A DNA stretch of 64,000 bases, taken from the IMG/VR virus record IMGVR_UViG_2811995091_000080, positions 1 through 64,000 of that record; one strand, 5' to 3'. Made by a program: the position numbers and the translations under genes. Position 1 is the stretch's first letter. Every line of letters begins with the position of its first letter. The notes under the pieces were generated by a model, which searched no databases, was not told the origin of the DNA, and saw nothing but the letters and a program-made list of their open reading frames with translations. Source of the DNA: a virus (lineage: Duplodnaviria > Caudoviricetes). Of the stretch, positions 26,005 to 34,843 are shown piece after piece.

Positions 26005-26403
26005 ATGACCCAGCATGGTGACTGGCTGCGCTCGCTTGCGTCAGCCGGAAAGGGCGGCGTTGAACTTCCGCCGATTGACCGGGGCTTGCCCTACGAGCTT
26101 GTCCTGAACGTCCCGATTGATGTCAGTTCGGACGCATTCAGCGCATCGCTGCGCGTTTCGCCTGACGCTTCCGGCAGTACCCTTGCAGACTTCTCGGTTT
26201 CGGTTGGTTCGTGGGACGGGACTTACACGCCAGTCACGCTCAGCCTCACCGACACGCAGGTCAATGCGCTCCCTTCGGATGGCGACGCAGACGGGCAGGT
26301 CGAGCTTGTGATGGACGTTCTGCGCGATCCCAGCGGCAGCGCCATCGAATACCGCTTTCTGGGCGGAAATATCTACGTGAACGGGAAGGTGACCAATGCC
26401 TAG
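26005..26403 (+). CDS. Tail-associated adaptor protein
   Basis: Strong RBS, precedes the fibre gene. Confidence 0.6.
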   Translation: MTQHGDWLRSLASAGKGGVELPPIDRGLPYELVLNVPIDVSSDAFSASLRVSPDASGSTLADFSVSVGSWDGTYTPVTLSLTDTQVNALPSDGDADGQVELVMDVLRDPSGSAIEYRFLGGNIYVNGKVTNA

Positions 26404-28525
26404 CATTCAACTGGTTATGGACGCCAACGAGCGAGTCATCGGGCTTGGCGACGATACGGCTGAGGCTGCCCGCCAAGCAGTGAGGGCAGAAGCGGAAGCC
26501 GACCGCGCAGAAGCGCAGGCAGACCTTGCTGCAACGCACGCGAACACGGCGGGGAATTATGCCGAGACGGCACGCTCCCTTGTCGGTGGTGCTGTTTATG
26601 AGGACACGACTGCGGGCCTCGCCGCCACTGTAGACGGCGAGTTTTTCGTAGTCGCGAACGACACCGAACACGCCCTGTATCGCAACGATAGCAGCTCGGC
26701 GGTTTTCGTGCGCGACCTCGCACCCGACAATTACGTCACGCCGGAAATGTTTGGCGAGGTCGGCGCGGGCGCAGACGACAACGCGCTTTTCACCGCAGCG
26801 GTTGCAAGCGGGAAGCCCGTACGCGCGATGGGTAGCACCTACCAGCTAAACCCGATGGAGTTCACCAGCGCGGTGGACATTGAGTTTGGTTCGCAGACCG
26901 AAATCCAGAACCTACAGGCTTCCGGTCCGAAGAAAGCGACGATTACCGTCAAGGGCGGGGTCACAGGGCCGCTGGTCACGGTTTCGTCCTTCGATCTCAT
27001 CAATGCGGGCGGCACCGTAACCGCACTAACCATTGGCCAGCTTTCGCGCATCATCAATGTTGCCGATGCAAGCAGCTTTGCGGCGGGCGATGTTGTGCGT
27101 ATTTCGGAGAACGACCCGGCCACCACTTCGACCAGGAAGGGGACTGCTGGCGCGGAAACGCAGGACCGCAACTATCGCGAGTTCGCAACGATTGACTCCA
27201 TCGCCGGTAACAAGATCACGCTGCGCGAGTTTGTCCGGTGGCCCTACACTGCGGCAAAGTCGCTCAAGGTGCAGAAGGTCAACTTTGTCGAGAACCCGCG
27301 CATTGTCGGCGGCAAGTGGACCGGTGGCATTGGGGGCGGCGGCGCGCTGGCTTTCGAGTTCTGCCGCCACGGCAAGCTGTGTGATGACATTCACGTCGAA
27401 GGCAATTCCGAGGCTGACCGCTTCGGCGGCGCATCCGTCACTGTCCGCGACTGCTGGGAAGTCGAGCGCGGTTCGATCTACGCCAAGTGGTGCCTTTTCA
27501 CCGCCCTGACCGAGCGCAATCAGGCGAGCATATTTGGTCGCATTCGCGGCAAGCGGACGCAGAACGGCGGCTCGATCCAGAGTGGTGATATTCTCTCCAA
27601 TTTCGCAGAGATCGTGCAGGACGCCCCCGGCGACGACAATGGCGACGGTATCGGCGTTTCCAACGGGTTCCGGGGGAACACGGTCGGCTCGTTCATTATG
27701 TCGGGTGCGAATTGCTACGGAATGTGGCTGCGCCAAGGCTGCGACGACAACACTTTCGTTTCGTTCACCAGCATCAACGGCATCACGCTCGGCATTCAGG
27801 TCTACGGCAACCGTAACACCTTCAGCAACGTCCACATTCGCGGCCATGCTTCGGGCGGCCTTCTGCTCGCTGGCGACGACAACCAAGCGCACGTTGACAT
27901 CGAGGTGCAGGGACAGGCGGTCGGGCTTGGGCCGAGCAGCAGAGGCAATCGCGTCACAGGGCGCGCGATTTCTACCGGTGTGGGGGTAACGTCTTTCGAC
28001 CTCACAGTCTCGACTGGCGTTACCGACAGCTACGTGGACATCCAATCCGGGCCGCGCGGCATCAGTTATGCGGCGGGAGTGCTTCCGCACGCCAGCAACA
28101 CCTTCTTCCTTCGCGGCCCGAATCCGCATGTCGTCAACACGCTCCGAACCGACCGAGGGTATCAATGGTCTGGATATGTGACTGTTACCGGCGGGGCCAA
28201 GATACTTGAGGTGCCCGAGCGCAAACCGGATGGCACATGGGGCACCAACGGGCTTTACGAAATCCAGCCTACGGCGGGCGATGCCGCCAATGTTTATCGC
28301 ATCCGCCTGCAATTGTCGTCCACGCTGGCCGATGTGCGAAGCGAGTACGAGGTTATCTCTCGGCAGGGTGCGTTCACCATCCGCACAATCCATGAAGGTG
28401 CCGGGACTTACGCGGCCTTCGCGCCGAAACTGCGGGCAGCGACCGGCACCAGCGGGCCGACGCTTGAGATTTACCGAACCGAGACGGGGGCTGCTCCCAC
28501 CATCGTTTACGTCGAGAAGTATTAA
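26396..28525 (+). CDS. Tail fibre/spike with probable right-handed beta-helix (depolymerase-like)
   Basis: YVTPEMFG...ADDNALF..A pectate-lyase-like start, Asn/Gly-rich repeats (DGIGVSNG, YGMWLRQGCDDNTF). Confidence 0.75.
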   Translation: MPSIQLVMDANERVIGLGDDTAEAARQAVRAEAEADRAEAQADLAATHANTAGNYAETARSLVGGAVYEDTTAGLAATVDGEFFVVANDTEHALYRNDSSSAVFVRDLAPDNYVTPEMFGEVGAGADDNALFTAAVASGKPVRAMGSTYQLNPMEFTSAVDIEFGSQTEIQNLQASGPKKATITVKGGVTGPLVTVSSFDLINAGGTVTALTIGQLSRIINVADASSFAAGDVVRISENDPATTSTRKGTAGAETQDRNYREFATIDSIAGNKITLREFVRWPYTAAKSLKVQKVNFVENPRIVGGKWTGGIGGGGALAFEFCRHGKLCDDIHVEGNSEADRFGGASVTVRDCWEVERGSIYAKWCLFTALTERNQASIFGRIRGKRTQNGGSIQSGDILSNFAEIVQDAPGDDNGDGIGVSNGFRGNTVGSFIMSGANCYGMWLRQGCDDNTFVSFTSINGITLGIQVYGNRNTFSNVHIRGHASGGLLLAGDDNQAHVDIEVQGQAVGLGPSSRGNRVTGRAISTGVGVTSFDLTVSTGVTDSYVDIQSGPRGISYAAGVLPHASNTFFLRGPNPHVVNTLRTDRGYQWSGYVTVTGGAKILEVPERKPDGTWGTNGLYEIQPTAGDAANVYRIRLQLSSTLADVRSEYEVISRQGAFTIRTIHEGAGTYAAFAPKLRAATGTSGPTLEIYRTETGAAPTIVYVEKY

Positions 28526-28619
28526 GCGTGTCCTCTTCGCTCAAAGCCATACTGGTGATGCTTCTGGCATGGCCGTTAAGCGAGTGCGCGTTTGACCTTG
28601 TGCAAAGCAGGAGGCGGCG

Positions 28620-28919
28620 GTGACACTCCTGACGATACTGCACGGATGGGCGGCGGTGTGTGCTTTTGGCATCGCCGCTGTTCTTCAAGGTGCAGCCGCT
28701 TCCCCTGACTTCCGCATACGGATCGGTGCAAGCGAGCGCGAGCGTAGCTATAACTTCCAACTGGTCGCGGTGTTCCTACTGGCGCTTGGCTTAGACCTCG
28801 CCAGCATTGGCATTGGGGTGGACGACCTCGCCCACCATGCAGCCATTCTTCTCGCGTGCCTCACTGGCACAATTGCCATGCTGATGTTCGCCTGGAGGCT
28901 TTTCAAATGGAGGCGATAG
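28620..28919 (+). CDS. Three-TM membrane protein (holin candidate)
   Basis: Three hydrophobic segments, RBS GGAGG. Confidence 0.55.
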   Translation: MTLLTILHGWAAVCAFGIAAVLQGAAASPDFRIRIGASERERSYNFQLVAVFLLALGLDLASIGIGVDDLAHHAAILLACLTGTIAMLMFAWRLFKWRR

Positions 28920-29224
28920 CAGACAGCGGCATTGAATGGCTATTCCGCATCGGGACCGGGGGCGGCTTTCTGGCGCTGGTCTATGTCACGCTCAAGTTCT
29001 TTGGGTCGAGCCAGACCGAGGCGGTGAACGCCTACGCGGATCTCTACAAGCTGGTGAAGGAGGAGCGCGACCAGTTCGCTGCCGACCTTGGCGCGCTTCG
29101 GGTGCAGATAGCGGCCCTGCGGTTGGAGCTTGAAGAAGAGCGCAACGCGCGGATCGGTCTTGAGCGGCAGTTGGCAGCGTCGGGTCAAGCGGCGGCTAGC
29201 GTTTTCCAGCGCAAGCAAGACTGA
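28907..29224 (+). CDS. Single-TM coiled-coil protein (lysis-associated)
   Basis: N-terminal TM segment followed by heptad repeats. Confidence 0.6.
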   Translation: MEAIADSGIEWLFRIGTGGGFLALVYVTLKFFGSSQTEAVNAYADLYKLVKEERDQFAADLGALRVQIAALRLELEEERNARIGLERQLAASGQAAASVFQRKQD

Positions 29225-29233
29225 GTTATCCCC

Positions 29234-29248
29234 GAACAAATTGAGAAC
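29234..29248. promoter_or_regulatory. LexA-like box GAAC-N7-GAAC
   Basis: GAACAAATTGAGAAC, intergenic, upstream of the phosphoesterase. Confidence 0.5.
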
Positions 29249-29322
29249 AGCGTAGTCCGCGAAGGTGGGTCGCGCTAGCATGTATTTCGAGGCCTAGCAA
29301 TAGGCGTTGTGGGAGGGATCGC

Positions 29323-30489
29323 TTGAAGATCGACCCTGAACTTTATTCGTATTGCACCGACCGCCAACGCGAGGTGCTTGAAGCTTACGAAGAACACGGC
29401 ACCGGCCCTGCGGCTGCGGAGGCCCTTGGCGGCACCGACCGAACCTATCCTGACAAGGTGTTGCGTGACGTTCGGAAGAGGGCGGCGCGCGAGGGATATG
29501 CCCCGGGTCACTTTCAGGACGGCGTGGCCCCGGGCTACCTTATGGGCAAGGTCACGGTGCAGCGCGGCCCCGGGGGCGTCGAGCGCGTATGGGAGCGTCA
29601 GTCACCCGACCAAACCCGCGCACTTGAGGCGCTTAGGGAGGTCGTTGAAGGCATCCAGTCGGACATCGAGCCAGCGCCCCGGGTCAAGGCCCCGGCGGTT
29701 GCTAACTCGGACCTCTGCAACCTTTTCACTTTCACGGATTATCATTTAGGAATGCTCGCTTGGCATCGCGAAGGCGGGCAGGACTGGGACCTTCAGATTG
29801 CCGAAAGCACTCTGCGCAAAGCGATGGCCGCGATGGTTTCGCAAAGCCCCGTCGCCCATACGGCAGTGGTCAACATTCAGGGTGACTTCCTGCACACGGA
29901 TGGCCTGACTCCGATTACTCCAGGGCACGGCCATGTCTTGGACGCTGACAGCCGTTTCCCGAAGATCCGCAAGGCGGCTATCCGCCTGATCCGCGAACTT
30001 TGCCGGATGGCGCTGGAAACGCACATGGAAGTGCATCTGATCCTAGCGGAAGGCAACCACGATCAGGACAGCATGGGCTGGCTGGCTGACAGCTTCGCGG
30101 TCCTTTACGAAGACGAGCCGCGCCTGACGGTCAACGACAGCAACCTCCCCTTCTACGTGGTGGAGTGGGGCGAGACGATGATCGGTGTCCATCATGGGCA
30201 CAAGGTGAAGAACGAGCAGCTTCCGCTCCTGTTTGCCGCTCAATACGCGCAAGCATGGGGGCGCACCCGTCGCCGCGAAATCCATTGCGGGCATCGGCAT
30301 CACCGCGACGAGAAGGAATACAACGGCGTCACAGTCGTCCAGCATCCGACGCTGGCGGCCCGGGATGCCTATGCAGCGCGCGGGGGCTGGATTGCCGACC
30401 GCGCGGCACAAGCGATCACCTACCACAAGCGATACGGGCAAGTGGGCCGCGTCATGGTCTGCCCTGAAATGCTGGAAGAGGCGGCATGA
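29323..30489 (+). CDS. Calcineurin-like metallophosphoesterase with N-terminal HTH
   Basis: DYH, GDFLH, GNHD, HHGH and GHRH metal motifs. Confidence 0.85.
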   Translation: MKIDPELYSYCTDRQREVLEAYEEHGTGPAAAEALGGTDRTYPDKVLRDVRKRAAREGYAPGHFQDGVAPGYLMGKVTVQRGPGGVERVWERQSPDQTRALEALREVVEGIQSDIEPAPRVKAPAVANSDLCNLFTFTDYHLGMLAWHREGGQDWDLQIAESTLRKAMAAMVSQSPVAHTAVVNIQGDFLHTDGLTPITPGHGHVLDADSRFPKIRKAAIRLIRELCRMALETHMEVHLILAEGNHDQDSMGWLADSFAVLYEDEPRLTVNDSNLPFYVVEWGETMIGVHHGHKVKNEQLPLLFAAQYAQAWGRTRRREIHCGHRHHRDEKEYNGVTVVQHPTLAARDAYAARGGWIADRAAQAITYHKRYGQVGRVMVCPEMLEEAA

Positions 30490-30613
30490 TCGTCCCCACT
30501 CCCCTACCCGCCGCCCCTACGGCTGAAGAGGTGGCCCGCAAGATCGAACGCCAGCAAGCGCGGGCAGTAGAAAAGGCACTGGTCGAACGTGACCGCCAGT
30601 TGAGAGGTGCAGC

Positions 30614-30820
30614 ATGATACCCTCTATCTTCGACACCGGCGTAGATGCAGCGGACTACGTTGCCCCCTACCCTGTCACCTATAGCAATTGGGATCTGTGC
30701 GAGGGGCTTCCTGACGAAGAGCTAACGGAGGTCTGCTTTACACCGGACTTCTCGGCAAAGCTGCCGGAGGAATGCCCCGATATGGTTGTCATCGACGAGG
30801 AAGATTTCGGTGGCGAATGA
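30614..30820 (+). CDS. Small acidic protein
   Basis: RBS GAGG, ORF. Confidence 0.5.
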   Translation: MIPSIFDTGVDAADYVAPYPVTYSNWDLCEGLPDEELTEVCFTPDFSAKLPEECPDMVVIDEEDFGGE

Positions 30821-30995
30821 AGCCGCCCAAGCCCTCCGCGATGCTGCCGATTGCGTGGAAGCCTGCGCCCTATCGGATGCCCAGCTATACCTAATCGAGA
30901 TGATCGCCCTTCATGTGAAGGACAAGGCAACCGGAGGGATAACCGACCGATGCCGCACAACCAAGCTGCTGCTTAGGATGCTGGATCGTGGATAG
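30810..30995 (+). CDS. Small hypothetical protein
   Basis: GTG start overlapping the previous gene. Confidence 0.4.
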   Translation: MANEAAQALRDAADCVEACALSDAQLYLIEMIALHVKDKATGGITDRCRTTKLLLRMLDRG

Positions 30996-31365
30996 CCGCT
31001 TCAATAGCGCGACAGCGAATGTTCCAAAGCTCTGTCGCCTGACAGCAATGCCCGGGTTGCCCAAATATGTCCGACACCCCGCTGGACGCGATCAAAACAG
31101 CCAGCAAGCGGGGGTTCTCTGCGATGTATTCGCGCCAAAGCCGACCATAAAGCTCGGCGCACTCCTGCTGATTGACCGCCTTCCGCCCCTTGGCTTGCCG
31201 CCAAGTCAGTCCGGTGCTGCCGTCCGCGAACCTTTTGGCCGCTTGATAAATCTCTTCAATCGACTTGCCGCCGCGTGCCTGAATGCGGGCGCAGAACGCG
31301 CTAAACCGCTTATCCCCGCGAGAACTGCATTCCCTAAAGGGCGCGTTGCCATGTCTAACAGCCAT
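30973..31365 (-). CDS. Minimal NADAR-like ADP-ribosyl hydrolase (DarT1-associated type)
   Basis: ECSS..D..FSAF, SIEEIYQAAKRFADG, SDIFG...CQA match recalled NADAR motifs. Confidence 0.7.
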   Translation of the reverse strand: MAVRHGNAPFRECSSRGDKRFSAFCARIQARGGKSIEEIYQAAKRFADGSTGLTWRQAKGRKAVNQQECAELYGRLWREYIAENPRLLAVLIASSGVSDIFGQPGHCCQATELWNIRCRAIEAAIHDPAS

Positions 31366-31400
31366 GCCCCACGGCTACCACAAAAGCGAGGACATAGCAA

Positions 31401-31985
31401 GTGAACCGCAAGATTTTGTTTGACTGGCTTGATGCGCGATTTCCCGGCCTGTGGAACCGCCCCGGTTTTGTGGCTGGCTTCGACGCGGCCATTGACGCTG
31501 CGATTGCCGATCCTATCGACCTTGGCCCATCCAAGGTGCTGACCGTAAGCAAGGCGGGCGTGGATCTCATCAAAGAGTTTGAGGGGTGCCGCCTGACCGC
31601 GTATCCCGACCCCGGCACTGGCGGGAAGCCTTGGACGATTGGTTACGGGGCCACCCTCATCAACGGCAAGCCTGTGACGCCTGGACTGCGGATCACGCGG
31701 GACATTGCCGACAAGCTGCTGCTGGAGGACATCGAGCGCCACGCGGACCCTGTGCGCGATATGGTGAACGGATACGCCACGCAGGGCCAATTCGACGCGC
31801 TGGTGAGCTTTGCCTTTAACGTGGGCGTCAACGCGCTGAAACGGTCCACCCTGCTGCGCAAGCACATGGAGGGCGATCACGAGGGCGCGGCTAACGAGTT
31901 CGCCCGCTGGAACAAAGCTGCTGGCCGTGTGCTGGCTGGCCTGACCCGCCGCCGCGCAGCCGAAGTCAAGCTATACCGGAGCTAA
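31401..31985 (+). CDS. Endolysin, GH24 phage lysozyme
   Basis: IKEFEGCRLTAYPDPGTGGKPWTIGYG, QFDALVSFAFNVG, GLTRRRAAE. Confidence 0.95.
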   Translation: MNRKILFDWLDARFPGLWNRPGFVAGFDAAIDAAIADPIDLGPSKVLTVSKAGVDLIKEFEGCRLTAYPDPGTGGKPWTIGYGATLINGKPVTPGLRITRDIADKLLLEDIERHADPVRDMVNGYATQGQFDALVSFAFNVGVNALKRSTLLRKHMEGDHEGAANEFARWNKAAGRVLAGLTRRRAAEVKLYRS

Positions 31986-32115
31986 CCTAACAGGAGGGGC
32001 ACATGAAGGGCGCTGCTTTTACGAGCGGAATGTTTTTAACCGCAACGGGAAGCATGACAGCCTTTTATGTTGCCGCTGTAGCGGTGGGATTGGTTATTGC
32101 TTGGCGGGTGGCGAG

Positions 32116-32274
32116 TTAGCGTTTGAGGTGTTCTCCGCGCGATATGGCGTCCGCTAGGTCGGCGCATAAGCGGACATTTACAGGATAGCTCTGCGACCGG
32201 AGAAAGCGCACAATCTCGCGCCGCTCATCCGAGCCGCTTGTGCGCGGGCAACCGCAATTGCGGGGCTCATCCAT
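32116..32274 (-). CDS. Small hypothetical protein
   Basis: My translation MDEPRNCGCP...GEHLKR. Last gene of the leftward cluster. Confidence 0.4.
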   Translation of the reverse strand: MDEPRNCGCPRTSGSDERREIVRFLRSQSYPVNVRLCADLADAISRGEHLKR

Positions 32275-32288
32275 AAACTGCCAGTCAC

Positions 32289-32438
32289 TCATCCTTCACT
32301 CGCTTTCTGCCGCTTATACAGCCGGTCCATGATCTTGCGCCTCTCTTTGTAGAGGGGGGCTAGTGCGGTTAGTGCCGCGTCTATCTCTGTAAGCCTTCGC
32401 TTCTCTGCTTCTGTGGCGTAGTCGCGGGGGTTAGGCAT
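32289..32438 (-). CDS. Small basic helical protein
   Basis: MPNPRDYATEAEKRRL..., overlaps the upstream gene. Confidence 0.5.
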   Translation of the reverse strand: MPNPRDYATEAEKRRLTEIDAALTALAPLYKERRKIMDRLYKRQKASEG

Positions 32439-32601
32439 TCGCGAGTTTCGCCTTCTTGTGCGCTTCCCAATCGGCATTGCGGCGCGCATCTTTCCAAGCC
32501 TTATGCGCGGCTTCTAACTCGGTCGTGTCCTCAGGGGAGTTCAGCGCGAGGTCGAGCCACCGCTTGTGAGCTTCCGCTTCGGCTTTGGCTGCTTCCGACA
32601 T
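32431..32601 (-). CDS. Small helical protein
   Basis: MSEAAKAEAEAHKRWLDL..., RBS AAGGAG. Confidence 0.5.
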   Translation of the reverse strand: MSEAAKAEAEAHKRWLDLALNSPEDTTELEAAHKAWKDARRNADWEAHKKAKLANA

Positions 32602-32631
32602 ACTCAATCTCCTTTGTCGGTGGCGTAGGGG

Positions 32632-32838
32632 TTAGGTGTTGCGGGCGGCTTCAAGCGCCTCGACGCGCTGGCGCGACACGGCGGCAGGAATTGGACTGCC
32701 GAGCTTCTCCGCGCGCCCGACCTCAAAAGAATGCCGATACTCTGCCGACCGATTGGTGGACGGCCACGGCGCGTCAAGATCGCGCCCGTCGCGGTAGCCT
32801 TCTGCGTGTTCGTCGTCGGCCCAATGCTCACTTTGCAT
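32632..32838 (-). CDS. Small protein, Rmf/CrpP-like pattern
   Basis: EGYRDGRD..APWP....EYRHSFEVG. RBS AAAGGA. Confidence 0.55.
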   Translation of the reverse strand: MQSEHWADDEHAEGYRDGRDLDAPWPSTNRSAEYRHSFEVGRAEKLGSPIPAAVSRQRVEALEAARNT

Positions 32839-32914
32839 AACAACTTCCTTTCTCCACACATAATACAGAGCCACGCCCGCAAAGCAAGCGGAAAAGGCTT
32901 GATTTTTCCAGTGA

Positions 32915-32929
32915 GAACGTATAATGAAC
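32915..32929. promoter_or_regulatory. LexA-like box GAAC-N7-GAAC overlapping TATAAT and the holin ATG
   Basis: GAACGTATAATGAAC. Confidence 0.45.
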
Positions 32930-33163
32930 ATCAAGAAGATTTTGAAGGACTGGTTTACCGCGCCAGACAATGAGAACTTCGAGCTTGCCCGCGCGATGTG
33001 GGCGGTCGGGTTCGTCTGCGCGATGGGGTATCAGGCCGCCGATATTTGGCAGGGGCAGCCGTTCGATCTGCGGACCTTTGCTGAGAGCCTTGGCATCATC
33101 CTTGTGGGCGGTGGCGCGGCAACGGCGGTCAAAGACTTGGGCAGCGGAAGGAGCAAGCCATGA
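32924..33163 (+). CDS. Two-TM holin-like protein
   Basis: Two hydrophobic helices, upstream of the spanins. Confidence 0.65.
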   Translation: MNIKKILKDWFTAPDNENFELARAMWAVGFVCAMGYQAADIWQGQPFDLRTFAESLGIILVGGGAATAVKDLGSGRSKP

Positions 33164-33361
33164 CTGAAGGATACGTTGACATTCGCGGCGAAGGCTGGGG
33201 CGGCGACATTACCGGCGACAGCGGGACCGCGTTCATGGACAAATGGGGCGGCCTCTCCATCGAAGGGACGCGCACCTGATGCCCATCGGTGGCATTGATG
33301 ACGCATTCATCCTCCGCGCACTCTGGCGGCGCTTCAAGGCGTGGCTGCGGGAGGTGTTCGC

Positions 33362-33649
33362 ATGATCGCAGCATGGCTTGGAACGAAGGCGCTAGGCCTT
33401 CAACGGTGGATATGGCTGCTTGCCCTCCTGGCGGCAATCGCTGGCGGCATTCTGTGGCTACAGGCCCGCGAAGAAGCAGATGACAAGGCAAACCAAGAGA
33501 TCGGCGCAAAGGTCCAGCGCGAAGGCGACCTGCGCAAGACTATCGAACGGGCGGAGACAGCCAATGAAGCTGCTGAAAATATCAAGCGTGATCCTGATGC
33601 TCGGCGTGACGGGTGCCTGCGCCACTCGCGAACCCCCGAGAATTGTTGA
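33362..33649 (+). CDS. i-spanin (Rz-like)
   Basis: N-terminal TM followed by coiled coil. Confidence 0.7.
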   Translation: MIAAWLGTKALGLQRWIWLLALLAAIAGGILWLQAREEADDKANQEIGAKVQREGDLRKTIERAETANEAAENIKRDPDARRDGCLRHSRTPENC

Positions 33650-33794
33650 CACCTCCTGCCTTACGTTCCGCGCGATAAGCTATGCGGAACTGGCTGCTGG
33701 CGAGATGGACGATCCCGGCAACGTGGCTGACAGCAAGCCGACCGTGAAGGAGATCGAAGCGCATAACGCCAAGTGGGATGCTATCTGCGGTTGA
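33564..33794 (+). CDS. o-spanin (Rz1-like lipoprotein), overlapping the i-spanin
   Basis: MKLLKISSVILMLGVTGAC lipobox-like sequence, overlapped architecture. Confidence 0.7.
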   Translation: MKLLKISSVILMLGVTGACATREPPRIVDTSCLTFRAISYAELAAGEMDDPGNVADSKPTVKEIEAHNAKWDAICG

Positions 33795-33939
33795 GGTAGA
33801 GGCCCCAACCAAGGAATAGCGGCCAAGCAACTATGAAGGCGGCAGCGATCAGATAGCGGCAGCGCCCGTCCGGCATTCCGGTGGACATAACCATGCCGAC
33901 ACCAGCAACAATATAGGCAGCTAGAAGATCATCAAACAT
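33781..33939 (-). CDS. Small two-TM protein
   Basis: My translation MFDDLLAAYIVAGVGMVM...AWPLFLGWGLYLNRR. Confidence 0.4.
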   Translation of the reverse strand: MFDDLLAAYIVAGVGMVMSTGMPDGRCRYLIAAAFIVAWPLFLGWGLYLNRR

Positions 33940-34175
33940 TCGGCTTGATAACACGAAAAAGTGCTTGACGCAAGGGCCGAATGCTGTAGGGTGGTTGGGC
34001 TAGAATGAAAGTTGACTGGTTTGGCCAGCGACGGTCACGAGATAGCTGCGCGGCGCGTCATGGAATTGGCGCGGGAAAGAAGGGTTGAGGATTCCGCCCG
34101 AACCGCCCGCAGCTACCTCACCAACGCCCCAATCACCCCGCTAGCAACCCCAGCCCGATAAGCACCTGGACTGGC

Positions 34176-34526
34176 TTAGGTAGGCGCATTGGATGCCTCG
34201 ATCATGGCGCGGTAGCCATCTGCAATGCTGTTGTGAAAATCGAAGCCGGTTGCATTGCCGAACGCCTCCACCATCGCCTCCGTAGGCTCAGCAGGCACCA
34301 CAACGAACCCTGCTTGCTTGATTGCTGCTAGGGCGGCATCGGTGATGGTCCCGCAGACCTCTTTCGCGGCCAGCTCGTATGACTTGCTGGTCGAGTTGCC
34401 CTGCTGATGCTCCTTGCTTGGGAACAGCAAATCCGACGCGCAGATAAGCGCGCCGATAGGATCGCCGGAAAGCGGGTCCACCTTATCCCAGATCGCGTTC
34501 TCGATCACTTCTCTAAGATCATCCAT
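34176..34526 (-). CDS. Hypothetical phage protein
   Basis: AGFVVVPAEPTEAMVEA motif common in phage ORFs, RBS GGAGG. Confidence 0.65.
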   Translation of the reverse strand: MDDLREVIENAIWDKVDPLSGDPIGALICASDLLFPSKEHQQGNSTSKSYELAAKEVCGTITDAALAAIKQAGFVVVPAEPTEAMVEAFGNATGFDFHNSIADGYRAMIEASNAPT

Positions 34527-34843
34527 GTTTGCTGTCCTCCTTGTGGTGGTCGAGGCGGCCTAGGGCGATAACAATATCCCACCCGATTGCCTTTGCAGCG
34601 TTCCCGCGCGCGTTCACAACCTCCTGAACGGCCCGTTTGGCATCCGCCAGCGCAATCAATTTATCTGACATTGGTGTCTCCTGTGGCTAGGCGGTGCGTC
34701 CTGCGATCCGACCGCCAATATACGCAGCGGCGATCACAAGCCCGATGGGTAGCCCGTTAGGCAGTCCAGTGGCTTCGATCAGCAGAAGGCAAACTATGCC
34801 GGTGAAAAAGGCAACCGTGAGACCGGCCATCATCTATTCTCCC

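Noticed and set aside
27026-28393. Long antisense ORFs over the tail spike, capsid (14950-16188, 57658-59070) and portal
   Set aside because: Expected antisense shadows of high-GC3 genes, with no RBS or motifs.
30988-31404. Plus-strand 138-aa ORF
   Set aside because: It is the shadow of the minus-strand NADAR-like gene, which has recognisable motifs.
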